A DNA stretch of 64,000 bases, from positions 63,426,001 to 63,490,000 of the forward strand of contig NC_092356.1 of assembly GCF_963676685.1 (NCBI RefSeq). The letters are read 5' to 3'. The DNA is from Mytilus edulis. Taxonomy: Eukaryota. The first letter of the stretch is position 1; every line of letters starts with the position of its first letter. Shown piece after piece: positions 40,593 to 53,090 of the stretch. The notes below the pieces were generated by a model. That model had not been told where the DNA came from and made no database searches. It worked only from the letters and a program-made list of their open reading frames with translations. Both the position numbers and the translations under genes were made by a program.

Positions 40593-41379
40593 ATTATGCA
40601 TATTTGCTGTAACAATTTACTAAGTTTACAGCTTGTAACTTAGTATCCCTCGTGTTACTTTACCTAATAGTTTAGGGAAGCACTATTTGGTAAGATATAA
40701 TAACTTATTCATAATATTAGTATCTATACTATAATCAGTTTCACAATTATATATAATAAATAGTGTGAATACACATACAGATCTTTGTTAAAAATTTCTT
40801 TCCTTTTTTTTATACATAACTTTTCCAGAATCCTTTCCGTTATCGATTTGATCAAATGATCCGTGTTCCATTTGAAGAAATTGGGCTTAGTGCTAGTTCA
40901 GCAAACATCGGATTATCGATTGTGTCTAAATTTTCTTATATAAACAGGATTTAACTTATTTTATAATATTTGGTGAGTATCTAATTTTTGTTTAAGTTTT
41001 CTACTGATCTATTGTATGTCGTCGTGTATATGTATTGCACAAGTTAAATCATTCATTTAGCGTGCACAATTAACAATTTCTCTACACTATACATAAATTA
41101 TTAAATAATCGTGATTACACATGTTTATCTTTTTTTTTCTTCTTATAATGTTTAAGAATCACACATGAAGAAATCTGATAAAAAAAATCAATATGTACAA
41201 TGTCGTTACTTATGCATGGTTGAACATTCTTACAAACCTGTGAATAAACATGATCATATGTGGCTTGTAAACAATTAACAGTTGTGGTTACAGTGTTTTG
41301 TAATTTTTATAAAATAATGTTTCAAAACGTTTGAAATTGATTCAATTCTGATTCATTGGATAATCTTCAATGACTCTAT

Positions 41380-42338
41380 TTGTTTTTAGAATTGTCTTAC
41401 TATTATTTTTGTTATTAAAATTGTTCATTTCAATAATATCTTTTTAGAAAATTTTGAAAATGTTTTTTTGTTTTGTCTTTTTTACTATGCTTTATATTTT
41501 GAAAAGGATATCATTGTTAGTATGTAGTTAATATCAAAGTATGCTGAGTCTTCAATTGTATACCCTATTACTAGATTTTCAAGACTTGTGATGTTTTTGT
41601 CTATACCTAGGGAGTTCATTAATTTCATTGCTATTTTTAGGAAGTCTGTATTAAATAAGCAGTTGACAAAAAGTGTTCTAGTTATCTTTTTCTTTACAAT
41701 GCTTACATAAGTTGTTCTCAGTTATGTTCCACTTTTTTAAAAGTTCATAACATGGCAGAATATAGTGAATAAGTTTCCGTCTAAATATTTTCAATCTGTT
41801 AAGCCCCAGTCCCACTAGACCACGCTCTCGTTACGATGGTACAGCGACCTTTGCGATCTTACTACGACCTTAGTGCGCTCTCACTACGCTTCTACTACGA
41901 TCTGATTTCGCCACGACCGCACCACGATTGTTTTTAACATGTTCAAAGTTGGCCACGCTCATCACGATCTTGAAGACCTCACAACGACCGTGATACGACC
42001 TTACTAAGATCTAGTGGGACTAGGGTATTATCATTAAGATATTCGAAAATAAAAAAAAAAAGTTATTTTTGAACTTGTAACTTAAGTTTTTGTCAAATAA
42101 TTTTTCCCACATAAGAAAACCGTTTGGTTTTTCATGATTTTTCATTGATTTGAACATTTTATAAAGTTCTCTTGTCCTCATTCATGAAGTTATTGTTATG
42201 TATCTAATTTCTAAGTCGTTAACAACTTTAACTTTAGTTTTGATGGATTCTGCAGTACGAATAATTAATTTCAAATTCATTGGTATAGCTTTTTTTAACA
42301 TATATATTTGCTTTATCCAATTTTTTTTATATTTAAGT
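41380..42338 (-). mobile_element. 3' part of the same LINE ORF2 (zf-RVT-like end)
   Basis: KLKYKKNWIKQIYMLKKAIP...KLIHYILPCYELFKKWNITENNLCKHCKEK...LVIGYTIEDSAYFDINYILT. Confidence 0.8.
41802..42027. mobile_element. Harbinger-like MITE nested in the LINE
   Basis: TIR ccccagtcccactaga / tctagtgggactaggg, TTA TSD. Removing it restores the LINE frame (YLNDNRLKIF). Confidence 0.75.
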
Positions 42339-42339
42339 T

Positions 42340-43975
42340 TAGATAAGATAAAACTTAATAAAGCTCCTTGGCTTGATGGATTAAATGTTGAATTTTACAG
42401 AATATTTTAGGAAGAATTAAAAACTTTTATAGTTGCTACTTTTAAGTATTGTTATAAAAAAGGAAATCTATCAAACACTCAGAAAGTATCCTTGATTTAT
42501 AAAAAAAATGACCCTCTTTCATTAGATAATTATAGACTTATAACTCCTTTAAATTATGATACAAAATCACTAGTGTATGCATTAGCACAAAGATTAAAAC
42601 CCCTGCTACCCAAAAATTATACATTCTGACCAAAATGGATATGTAAAAAATAGGTATATTGGTTTAATATTCGACAAATACAAGATGTAATAGATTACTC
42701 TGAAACTTTTAAAATAGATAGGGCAATCTTATTCCTTGATTCCTTGACTTTACAAACACATTTGACTCGTTAGAATGGGACTTCATGTATGAGACTTTAA
42801 AAACATTTGGCTTTAAAACTAATTGTATTAGGTGGGTTCAGACAATGTACTCGAATATAAAAGGATGCATCATTAATCATGGGTGGGTTTCTACTCAATT
42901 CAGTGCTTCTCGTGGAATCCCACAAGGATGTCCATTATCATCTTACTATTTGTTCTAGCAGTAGAAATAATGGCAATTAAGATAAGGGAAAATAAAAAAA
43001 AGTAATTGGAGTAGAAAGAAAACTAGACGGTAAAGGATAAACTCTGAAAATTTGCCAACTAGCTGATTATACTACTTTATTTCTTCAATCTAAAAAAGAT
43101 GTCACTCTTGCAATTAATTTAATAGAACTACTTGGTACATTCTCAGGTTTAAAATTGAATAAAACAAAAACTGACGGGACATGGCTAGGCCAATTGAAAC
43201 ACTGTCGTGATAAATGTGAAGATATAAATTGGTGTACTACACCTATTAAAAGTCCTGGAATTTATTTTGGCCACAATAAACAAGAATGTCAAAATTGAAT
43301 TTTGAAAACTTTTCAAATGTAACAAAATAATATCTGATTGGAGTAAAAGAAATCTCTCTAGTATAGGAAAGATAGTCATCATCAAATCACTTGCTTTGAC
43401 AAACCTAACATATATTGCATCAAACACTATAACATGTACATGTATAATTCCTAAAGAAACGTTGCAAGATTTTAAAACTTTGATATATAATTTTATATGG
43501 AAAGGCAAAAAAGACAAATAAAAAAATCCACACTTTCAAAAGATTTTTTTGGTAGGTGGACTAAAGATGACAGACATTGATGTTTACATAAAATCACTGC
43601 GTATCAATTGGATTCAAAAATTAAGCGAAGATAAAAATGATAATTGGGCAATCATTCCAAATTTTTTTTTTAACTAATTAGGGGAAAATCTTCCTGTATT
43701 CAAAATCAATTTAAAGAGTATTAAATAAATTGATAAAAATAAGTAACAAAATGTGCCAGACTTTTACAAGCAACTAATTAAAGATTGGATTAGTGAAAAA
43801 GGAGGAAACACAAAATATCCAAAAAGTCTTTTTGAAATTAGAAAACAAGTTTTGTGGGGAAATGATAATATTAGGTTTAACAGAAAATGTCTAAACTTTG
43901 ACGATTGGATAAAAAGCGATATTATTAATATAAATGATATCACTGATGAACAGGGTAAAATCTCTGAAACTATTA
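42340..43975 (+). mobile_element. Tx1/L1-clade LINE RT segment, degenerate (inverted 5' part)
   Basis: NKAPWLDGLNVEFY, NYRLITPLNYDTK, IIHSDQNGYVKNRYIG, FDSLEW, RGIPQGCPLSSLLF, QLADYTT; many frameshifts. Confidence 0.9.
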
Positions 43976-45309
43976 AATTATTTGTGTTGTGTCTTATATG
44001 TAATATAATTCAACTTTGGGATGTTTTATATAATGCTGTTGTCTTTTCTTTGTCTTTTTTTTCCATGATTGTGTCAGTTGTTTTGCGTATGAGTTGTACA
44101 TGTACGCATTGGCTTCATTTCCATTTCAAACATATTTTTTCACATTTGAAAACAACTTTTGTACGAAATAACGAACTTGCAAGTTACTTACAATGTCATA
44201 CTGTACTCCTATTTTCGACATTTTCAGCTATTTTTTTCACACATCTTTGTCAATATAATGGTCACTCAAGTGAGAGGTTAGGGTAGCTTTTAAACCAGGT
44301 TTTATCCATCACCTTCTCCATCAGAAGAGGCCTGTACCAAGTTAGGAATAAAACAGTTGTAATTCACTCGTTTGATGTGTTTGATCTTTTGATTTTTCCA
44401 TTCAATTAGGAACTTTTGGTTTTGAATTTTCCTATCAGTTTTTTTGTGAATTTAGTTTTTAGAACTTCTTAAGCGGGTTTATAACTGGTTTTGTCGTACA
44501 AGTTCTTGTGTTAGTATTTGTTAATGTTATAATTTGCATGGACTCATCGGTGATGCACGAGATCAAAATTGACAAAACGTAGACAAAGCAGGGCAACGAA
44601 TAAGAACTTTGCTTGAAGAAGACAAATGTTTTATTTCTTTAACTGAAATTAATTTCCATTTTTTTTAATTTTCTGTTCTTTTAAACACAATATCCGTATT
44701 TTCACCTATTAAAAGTACTCTTACTTTGTGACTTGTCCTTTTATTAATATTCCCTTTTAAATTCCTTTTAGCGTTAAGTGGTCGTCATTTGAAAAAAAAG
44801 CCAAATTTTATGTTTTCGAGGTGTAACGTATTATTTCTCTTTATAATGTATTAGAATCGGAATAACAGTACTATAGTTGAGCAGTTACCACCGTAAACTT
44901 TGATTTGACGATTGCAAATTTTCTTTTTACTGTACTCGTTTCGCGTCGCCAGTAAAACTGTATTTTCAACCGTCAAATCGACAATGGACGTTATTCTTTA
45001 ATTATATTCCTTGTATAATACTGTATCAATGAAGTGTTTTGAAATTTAAATATAACAAAAAAAGTAAAATAACATAAAAACGGAACTTTGCAGAAACGGA
45101 AAATCCATAATAAAATGGCGAAATCATACATCAAACATATCGAACGAAGGGATAACAACTGTCATTTTCTTGACTTTGAACTTGCAATTTGGTATAGTAG
45201 AAAAATTATGTGATTTTCATATAAGATAATGAACTTTCTTCTAGGTTTAAATTCAAAGTCGAATTTACGAAAACCATTCTCAGTTGTGAAGAATAGAATT
45301 TTAACTTAC

Positions 45310-45322
45310 CATTAAGAAGCAT
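45310..45322 (-). CDS. Orphan coding exon 1 (MLLN+G) in a duplicated promoter block
   Basis: ATG CTT CTT AAT G|GTAAGT. Surrounding 45060-46690 is colinear with 36740-38270. No exons 2-8 lie between it and gene B. Confidence 0.65.
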
Positions 45323-46716
45323 ACTATACATAATGGTTTGACTCCTGTTATAGCAAACCAGTACATATTAAATCATTCATTGTAGACAACTATTTCGAAC
45401 GGTTCTATGTTAATGTATATATATGTATATAAAATTGATGAGACAATATACACGAAACAAAACAAAAAAATAACGAAGTTCTATCAACCATCAATAAATT
45501 ACTTTTTATATATTCAATATTGGCACTTATCGCAAACCTTAATTGAAAAAAAACAATTTAACAAAACGCATGTTAACCAGAGGTTGACATTTAGTTCTGT
45601 TATCCTTATAGAATGTAAATGATGTTTGTCATCAATTATTCACTCCATGTTCATGCAGCAAACAATTGCTTTGTATTATAATAACATCCTGTGTATTTCC
45701 GACATCAGTGCTAATTTTTCAGTTTCAATTAGTAAATTACAATCACATGTAAAATTGTTAACTGTAAAAATATGAATGAAAAGAGATGTCAGAAAGACTT
45801 CCTTTCAAAACAAAATGACAAGACAAAATTAAATTAAAATAAAACATCTAAGTAGTCTGGCGTACTAAATTATAATCCTGGTATCTTTGATAACTACTAA
45901 GCCGATGTTTTCATCATAAAACAATAGTCTATACACTTTGTGGAACTCTAAATTGCCGCAAGTCTAGGAGAATATCGATTACATTTAATAGAGAGTAGGG
46001 GGTCTTCTTATAAAACCAAAAAAAAAATAAAAAATGAGTAAACTCTTATGTTGTCCTTAGAAGTGCAAACATAGATTTGCACATGCATTCATCCTTTCAA
46101 TATTATGGTAAATCCTTTTTCATTAATTTCTAATCAAATCAAATCAAATTATTTTCTTTGTGTAAAATCCAAAGATGACAATCATTACAAACATACAATA
46201 TTTAAATTTAAACAACTTTCTACGAAAAATATAATCTTAACATAATGTTGCAAAAATTAAATTTTAATGTCCCCATATACAAAAAGAAGAAATGGCATGG
46301 TTACCAATGAGTACACTCTCATCAAATGACATACACGGATGGCATTCAGTATATCGAGAAAAAATATCGTGAAAGGTGGTCAAGTATTCAAATTGGATCG
46401 TAAAAGCTCTGTTTTAGGATCGTGAAGCAAATATTATCGACAATACATATGCAAGGGCAATTACGAATCTAATTTAACGAACCATACGGACAGATCTACC
46501 ATAAAAATATAACTGGCTGTCAAAATGGTTAATCAACATTATCATAAGTATCTGAAAAATGAAGATAAAAAAGTAAACCATTTTTACAAAACAAAAGGCA
46601 GATTGCTCCTCGACATTTAAATGGCATTAAAGATGTAAATAAACAGGATTTTGTTACAAATAAGAAAGACTAAACAACTTTGTCATTTCATTTTAAAGGT
46701 TTCTAAATTAAGTTTA

Positions 46717-47958
46717 TCCTGGTACCTTTGATAACTATTTACACCACTGGGTCGATGCCACTGCTGGTGGACGTTTCGTCCCCGAGGGTATCACCAGCCC
46801 AGTAGTCAACACCGCGGTGTTGACATGAATATAAATAAAGTGGTCATTTTTATAAATTTCCTGTTTACAAAACTTTGAATTTTTCGAAAAACTAAGGATT
46901 TTCTTATCCCAGGCATAGATTACCTTAGCCGTATTTGACACAACTTTTTGGAATTTTGGATCCTCAATGCTCTTCAACTTTGTACTTGTTTGGCTTTATA
47001 AATATGTTGATATGAGGGGTCGTATTTGAGTTTTTTTTGTGTACTGGCTAGCCGGACCAGTTGACTGAAAACTCTACTGGTCCGGCTCCAAATCTACTGG
47101 TTCTGCAAAAATAACATTTATTTGACAAACACTAATATAAATGATAGATGTTTAATTTTATTTTGATGCTTTCGTTTACATAAGTTAGACAGGAACAAAG
47201 GGATAGTCTTGGTTATGATTTTGATAAAGGCTTTGATTATCTCAATGATTTTCTTTATCTAAATCAGGATCAAGGACAGAAAAAATATCAACATTGTCTT
47301 CCACATCATCGCAATCCTCACGACGACCATATGGTGTCTGACTGGGTCGTCTAGGGCGCTGTCCAGAAATATTCCACATTTCAATAGCCGGGACCGGATC
47401 AAATGATGCTTTATCTTCAGTGTGAAACATAATGAATAAAAGATCTGATAAAACAGTTGGACGCAATTTTGATCGCGAATCATTCTTCACAAGTTTCATC
47501 TCAGAAAACCCTCTTTCTGCATCAGCAGAATGAGCAGGAAGGGAAAGAATTAAATCCATAAGTCCTTTTGATTTTCACTTGTTTTATTTTTTTGTCCGGT
47601 GGATTAACTCCTTCCAAAAATTTCCACATTTTATATTGTTGTGAAGGACGCTCACCCGAGATATTAATTAACTTGATCAATTGTAATACCCCCAGTACCG
47701 TGTAATTGATTTCACAGGTAAATTGTTTTGTAAACAAACGGAGATTGCGATGCAATCAGTGATTTTTATCGACAAATTTCTACTGGTCCGCCGGACCACC
47801 AGCTGACAAAATCTACTAGTCCGACGCACATTCTACTAGTCCCGGACCACCGGACCAGCGCTACTTTTGACCACTGATTACTGTGACGAGTCTTATGTAG
47901 ACAAAACGCGCGTCTGGCGTACTATATGATATAATCCTGGTACCATTGATAACTATTA
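46717..47958 (+). mobile_element. Retrozyme-type repeat (~360-bp monomer) with a type I hammerhead motif, split by the hAT element
   Basis: Terminal direct repeat tcctggtacc(t/a)ttgataactatt. Degenerate HHR ...TGACGA-GTC-ttatgta-GAC-aAAA-CGCGCG-TC-tggcgt at ~47880-47920. Confidence 0.75.
47016..47876 (-). mobile_element. hAT transposon deletion derivative (hATC dimerisation-domain remnant)
   Basis: ORF 47242-47559 LILSLPAHSADAERGFSEMKLVK...RSKL; CAGTGGTC-type terminus; subterminal ctactggtccgg/ccggacc motifs. Confidence 0.85.
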
Positions 47959-48041
47959 TGTCAGCATAATGGGAAATTTTTAAGAAAAAATAAACATATG
48001 TACAAAAAAATGATTTTTTGGATAATGAAATATCACGAACC

Positions 48042-51000
48042 GCTTATTGAAGATACTAATAAACATTTGTGAAAGGTCTGACGCTTATTGAAGATACTGA
48101 TAAACATTGTGAAAGATCTGACGCTTATTGAAGATACTGATAAAGATTGTGAAAGATCTTATGATTATTGAAGATACTGATAAAGATTGTGAAAGATCTT
48201 ATGCTTATTGAAGATACTGATAAAGATTGTGAAAGATCTGACGCTTATTGAAGATACTGATAAAGATTGTGAAAGATCTGATGCTTATTGAAGATACTGA
48301 TAAAGATTGTGAAAGATCTGATGCTTATTGAAGATACTGATAAAGATTGAGAAAGATCTTATGCTTATTGAAGATACTGATAAAGATTGTGAAAGATCTG
48401 ACGCTTATTGAAGATACTGATAAAGATTGTGAAAGATATTATGCTTATTGAAGATACTGATAAAGATTGAGAAAGATCTTATGCTTATTGAAGATACTGA
48501 TAAAGATTGTGAAAGATCTGATGCTTATTGAAGATACTGATAAAGATTGTGAAATATGTTATGCTTATTGAAGATACTGATAAAGATTGTGAAAGATCTT
48601 ATGCTTATTGAAGATACTGATAAAGATTGTGAAAGATCTGACGCTTATTGAAGATACTGATAAACATTTGTGAAAGATCTGACGCTTATTGAAGATACTG
48701 ATAAACATTGTGAAAGATCTTATGCTTATTGAAGATACTGATAAAGATTGTGAAAGATCTGACGCTTATTGAAGATACTGATAAAGATTGTGAAACATCT
48801 GATGCTTATTGAAGATATTGATAAAGATTGTGAAAGATCTGATGCTTATTGAAGATACTGATAAAGATTGTGAAAGATATGACGCTTATTGAAGATACTG
48901 ATAAACATTGTGAAAGATCTTATGCTTATTGAAGATACTGATAAAGATTGTGAAAGATCTGACGCTTATTGAAGATACTGATAAAGATTGTGAAAGATCT
49001 GATGCTTATTGAAGATATTGATAAAGATTGTGAAAGATCTGATGCTTATTGAAGATACTGATAAACATTGTGAAAGATCTGATGCTTATTGAAGATACTG
49101 ATAAAGATTGTGAAACATCTGACGCTTATTAAAGATACTGATAAAATTGTGAAAGATATTATGCTTATTGAAGATACTGATAAAGATTGTGAAAGATCTG
49201 ACGTTTATTGAAGATACTGATAAAGATTGTGAAAGATCTTATGCTTATTGAAGATACTGATAAAGATTGTGAAAGATCTGACGCTTATTGAAGATACTGA
49301 TAAACATTGTGAAAGATATGACGCTTATTAAAGATACTGATAAAGATTGTGAAAGATCTGATGCTTATTGAAGATATTGATAAAGATTGTGAAAGATCTG
49401 ACGTTTATTGAAGATACTGATAAAGATTGTGAAAGATCGTATGCTTATTGAAGATACTGATAAAGATTGTGAAAGATCTGACGTTTATTGAAGATACTGA
49501 TAAAGATTGTGAAAGATCTGACGCTTATTGAAGATACTGATAAAGATTGTGAAAGATCTTATGCTTATTGAAGATACTGATAAAGATTGTGAAAGATCTG
49601 ATGCTTATTGAAGATACTGATAAAGATTGAGAAAGATCTTATGCTTATTGAAGATATTGATAAAGATTGTGAAAGATCTGATGCTTATTGAAGATACTGA
49701 TAAAGATTGTGAAAGATATGATGCTTATTGAAGATACTGATAAACATTGTGAAAGATCTTATGCTTATTGAAGATACTGATAAAGATTGTGAAAGATCTG
49801 ACGCTTATTGAAGATACTGATAAAGATTGTGAAAGATCTGATGCTTATTGAAGATATTGATAAAGATTGTGAAAGATCTGATGCTTATTGAAGATACTGA
49901 TAAACATTGTGAAAGATCTGATGCTTATTGAAGATACTGATAAAGATTGTGAAACATCTGACGCTTATTGAAGATACTGATAAAATTGTGAAAGATATTA
50001 TGCTTATTGAAGATACTGATAAAGATTGTGAAAGATCTGACGTTTATTGAAGATACTGATAAAGATTGTGAAAGATCTTATGCTTATTGAAGATACTGAT
50101 AAAGATTGTGAAAGATCTGACGCTTATTGAAGATACTGATAAAGATTGTGAAAGATCTTATGCTTATTGAAGATACTGATAAAAATTGTGAGAGATCTGA
50201 TGCTTATTGAAGATACTGATAAAATTGTGAAAGATATTATGCTTATTGAAGATACTGATAAACATTGTGAAAGATCTGATGCTTATTGAAGATACTGATA
50301 AAGATTGAGAAAGATCTTATGCTTATTGAAGATATTGATAAAGATTGTGAAAGATCTGATGCTTATTGAAGATACTGATAAAGATTGTGAAAGATATGAT
50401 GCTTATTGAAGATACTGATAAACATTGTGAAAGATCTTATGCTTATTGAAGATACTGATAAAGATTGTGAAAGATCTGACGCTTATTGAAGATACTGATA
50501 AAGATTGTGAAAGATCTGATGCTTATTGAAGATATTGATAAAGATTGTGAAAGATCTGATGCTTATTGAAGATACTGATAAACATTGTGAAAGATCTGAT
50601 GCTTATTGAAGATACTGATAAAGATTGTGAAACATCTGACGCTTATTGAAGATACTGATAAAATTGTGAAAGATATTATGCTTATTGAAGATACTGATAA
50701 AGATTGTGAAAGATCTGACGTTTATTGAAGATACTGATAAAGATTGTGAAAGATCTTATGCTTATTGAAGATACTGATAAAGATTGTGAAAGATCTGACG
50801 CTTATTGAAGATACTGATAAAGATTGTGAAAGATCTTATGCTTATTGAAGATACTGATAAAAATTGTGAGAGATCTGATGCTTATTGAAGATACTGATAA
50901 AATTGTGAAAGATATTATGCTTATTGAAGATACTGATAAACATTGTGAAAGATCTTATGCTTATTGAAGATACTGATAAAGATTGTGAAAGATCTGACGT

Positions 51001-51441
51001 TTATTGAAGATACTGATAAAGATTGTGAAAGATCTGATGCTTATTGAAGATACTGATAAACATTGTGAAAGATATTATGCTTATTGAAGATACTGATAAA
51101 GATTGTGAAAGATCTGACGCTTATTGAAGATACTGATAAAGATTGTGAAAGATCTGACGCTTATTGAAGATACTGATAAACATTGTGAAAGATCTTATGC
51201 TTATTGAAGATACTGATAAAGATTGTGAAAGATCTGATGCTTATTGAAGATACTGATAAAGATTGTGAAAGATCTGACGCTTATTGAAGATACTGATAAA
51301 CATTGTGAAAGATATTATGCTTATTGAAGATACTGATAAAGATTGTGAAAGATCTGACGCTTATTGAAGATACTGATAAAGATTGTGAAAGATCTGATGC
51401 TTATTGAAGATACTGATAAAGATTGTGAAAGATCTTATGCT
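48042..51441. repeat. Minisatellite, ~85 copies of 40-bp GCTTATTGAAGATACTGATAAAGATTGTGAAAGATCTGAT
   Basis: Directly visible head-to-tail array with variant units and a 678-bp higher-order duplication. Confidence 0.98.
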
Positions 51442-53090
51442 ACGAAAACTTTCAAATCGTTATCTTATTAAAGGATAATTAATACTTTTGCTTGATACAT
51501 GAAATACTGGGTTTTCATTATTCATTCTGTCTCTCTTCTGTTTGTGAAAAGGTCTTATATCGTTCAAATCCAATTGATCTAATTATCTTATAACACCACC
51601 AACCAGGTGTTTTATAGCAGAATCAGTCTATTTATCCGTCCTTCGTCAGTTTTGATTTCCTAAAAATAAAAAGAATAAGAATAAGAATAGAATCTAATCA
51701 CCTAAATTGCAGTTCAAACTGTGCATCGTGCACTATTGATCACGATAATGTCTGGTGCACTCTTTGTTATGTCAGCGCGGCAATTTAATTTCGCGATTTT
51801 CAAATGTGTATGATGTAGTGAAATAGGGAACAATCCGAGTTTTTGAGGTATTCGCGACGTTTTACATTCGCGTTATTATATACTCTCGAATATCCAAAAA
51901 TAAAACGCAGGGAAATTTTTCAATTTGGTAAAAGCTAAAAAGCATCAACCGTTCTCAGTCATGCTGGTGTTAGATGAAAACGACAACACTCCAAGAGAAA
52001 GGATTGAAGTAAATTCCTTATAATAATCATGACTCTTTCTTAAAGGTACACGTTTAGTTTTTAAATAAAATTTCGGTCTTCATAAATTTAACAAACTAAT
52101 ACAAACTATGATGATACATATAAAAAAAAGAAGATGTGGTATGTTTGCCAATAAGACAACTCTCCACAAGAGACTAAATGACACAGAAATTAACAATAAT
52201 AGGTCACCGTACGGCCTGCAACAATGAGCAAAGCCCATATCACAAAGTCGGCTATAAGAGGCCCCGAAATGACAATTCAAAACAATTCAAACTAAAAAAC
52301 TATACCGAATATTTTGTTCTAGATCCTCCAAAAATATATAAGTATATTTTCATAACTTTTGTAACTATTCTATAGATTTCAGATACACTTTTTAAAGGTA
52401 AAAAGTGTATATAAATGTAAGTGTAAATTCTGTTCAGGTGTTTCAAAGTTTAAAACGCAAATGGCCTTTCGAGTTACAGGTAAAAAAGCACATACGTCTT
52501 TTTTCTCTCTGGTCGCGCATTGTCTTTCACGATCACGTTGATGCATTGCCTGATCCCTCTGGATCAAATCAACAATATTAGATGTTGCCTAAAACAAAAT
52601 AAACGTTTTCAAGAGGAGAACTTTAATTTTACTTTACTATCTTGCACACCAAAGATTCAGTTCAAATATATCATTATATATAGAAATGTGACCATTGTAG
52701 GTACAGAACGTGTTTTTCTTTTCTTTTTTTTTTAACGGACCTCGTAGACTTATGTTGCGCCTTTTGTGTTTTCTTTGAAAATACTGAATATTTCCTTTAT
52801 CTTATTGCAAAGTATTATTGAAAAAGGTGTATCATTTTGACAGACAGATTTGTTTCTCGTTTTCAAAGTACAGCAGATTTGACACAGATAATGTAGTAGA
52901 ATTACAATTAATTACATTCACAATCCGTAACAAGATCCTTCACGATACGATCGCAATACTTGACCACCGTTAGGTATACTTTCACGATACATTTTCCAGA
53001 TATACCGAATGTGGTTTTCTCTAGCAACTTCCTAACATCTAACCATAACAAGCGTTAAATTTGTTACACACCACTCCTGTTTCAACTATA

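Larger units (their letters stand above)
45060..51780 (-). promoter_or_regulatory. Duplicated upstream/exon-1 block paralogous to 36740-39660 (interrupted by retrozyme, hAT element and minisatellite)
   Basis: Colinear anchors: aaattgccgcaagtctag, ggtggtcaagtatt, ttgctcctcgacatt, tatcgttcaaatccaat, gaatagaatctaatcacctaaat, gttatgtcagcgc. Confidence 0.75.

Noticed and set aside
48042-51441. CRISPR array or repetitive protein-coding sequence
   Set aside because: Units are contiguous with no unique spacers, there are no cas genes, the context is eukaryotic, and stops recur in all frames.
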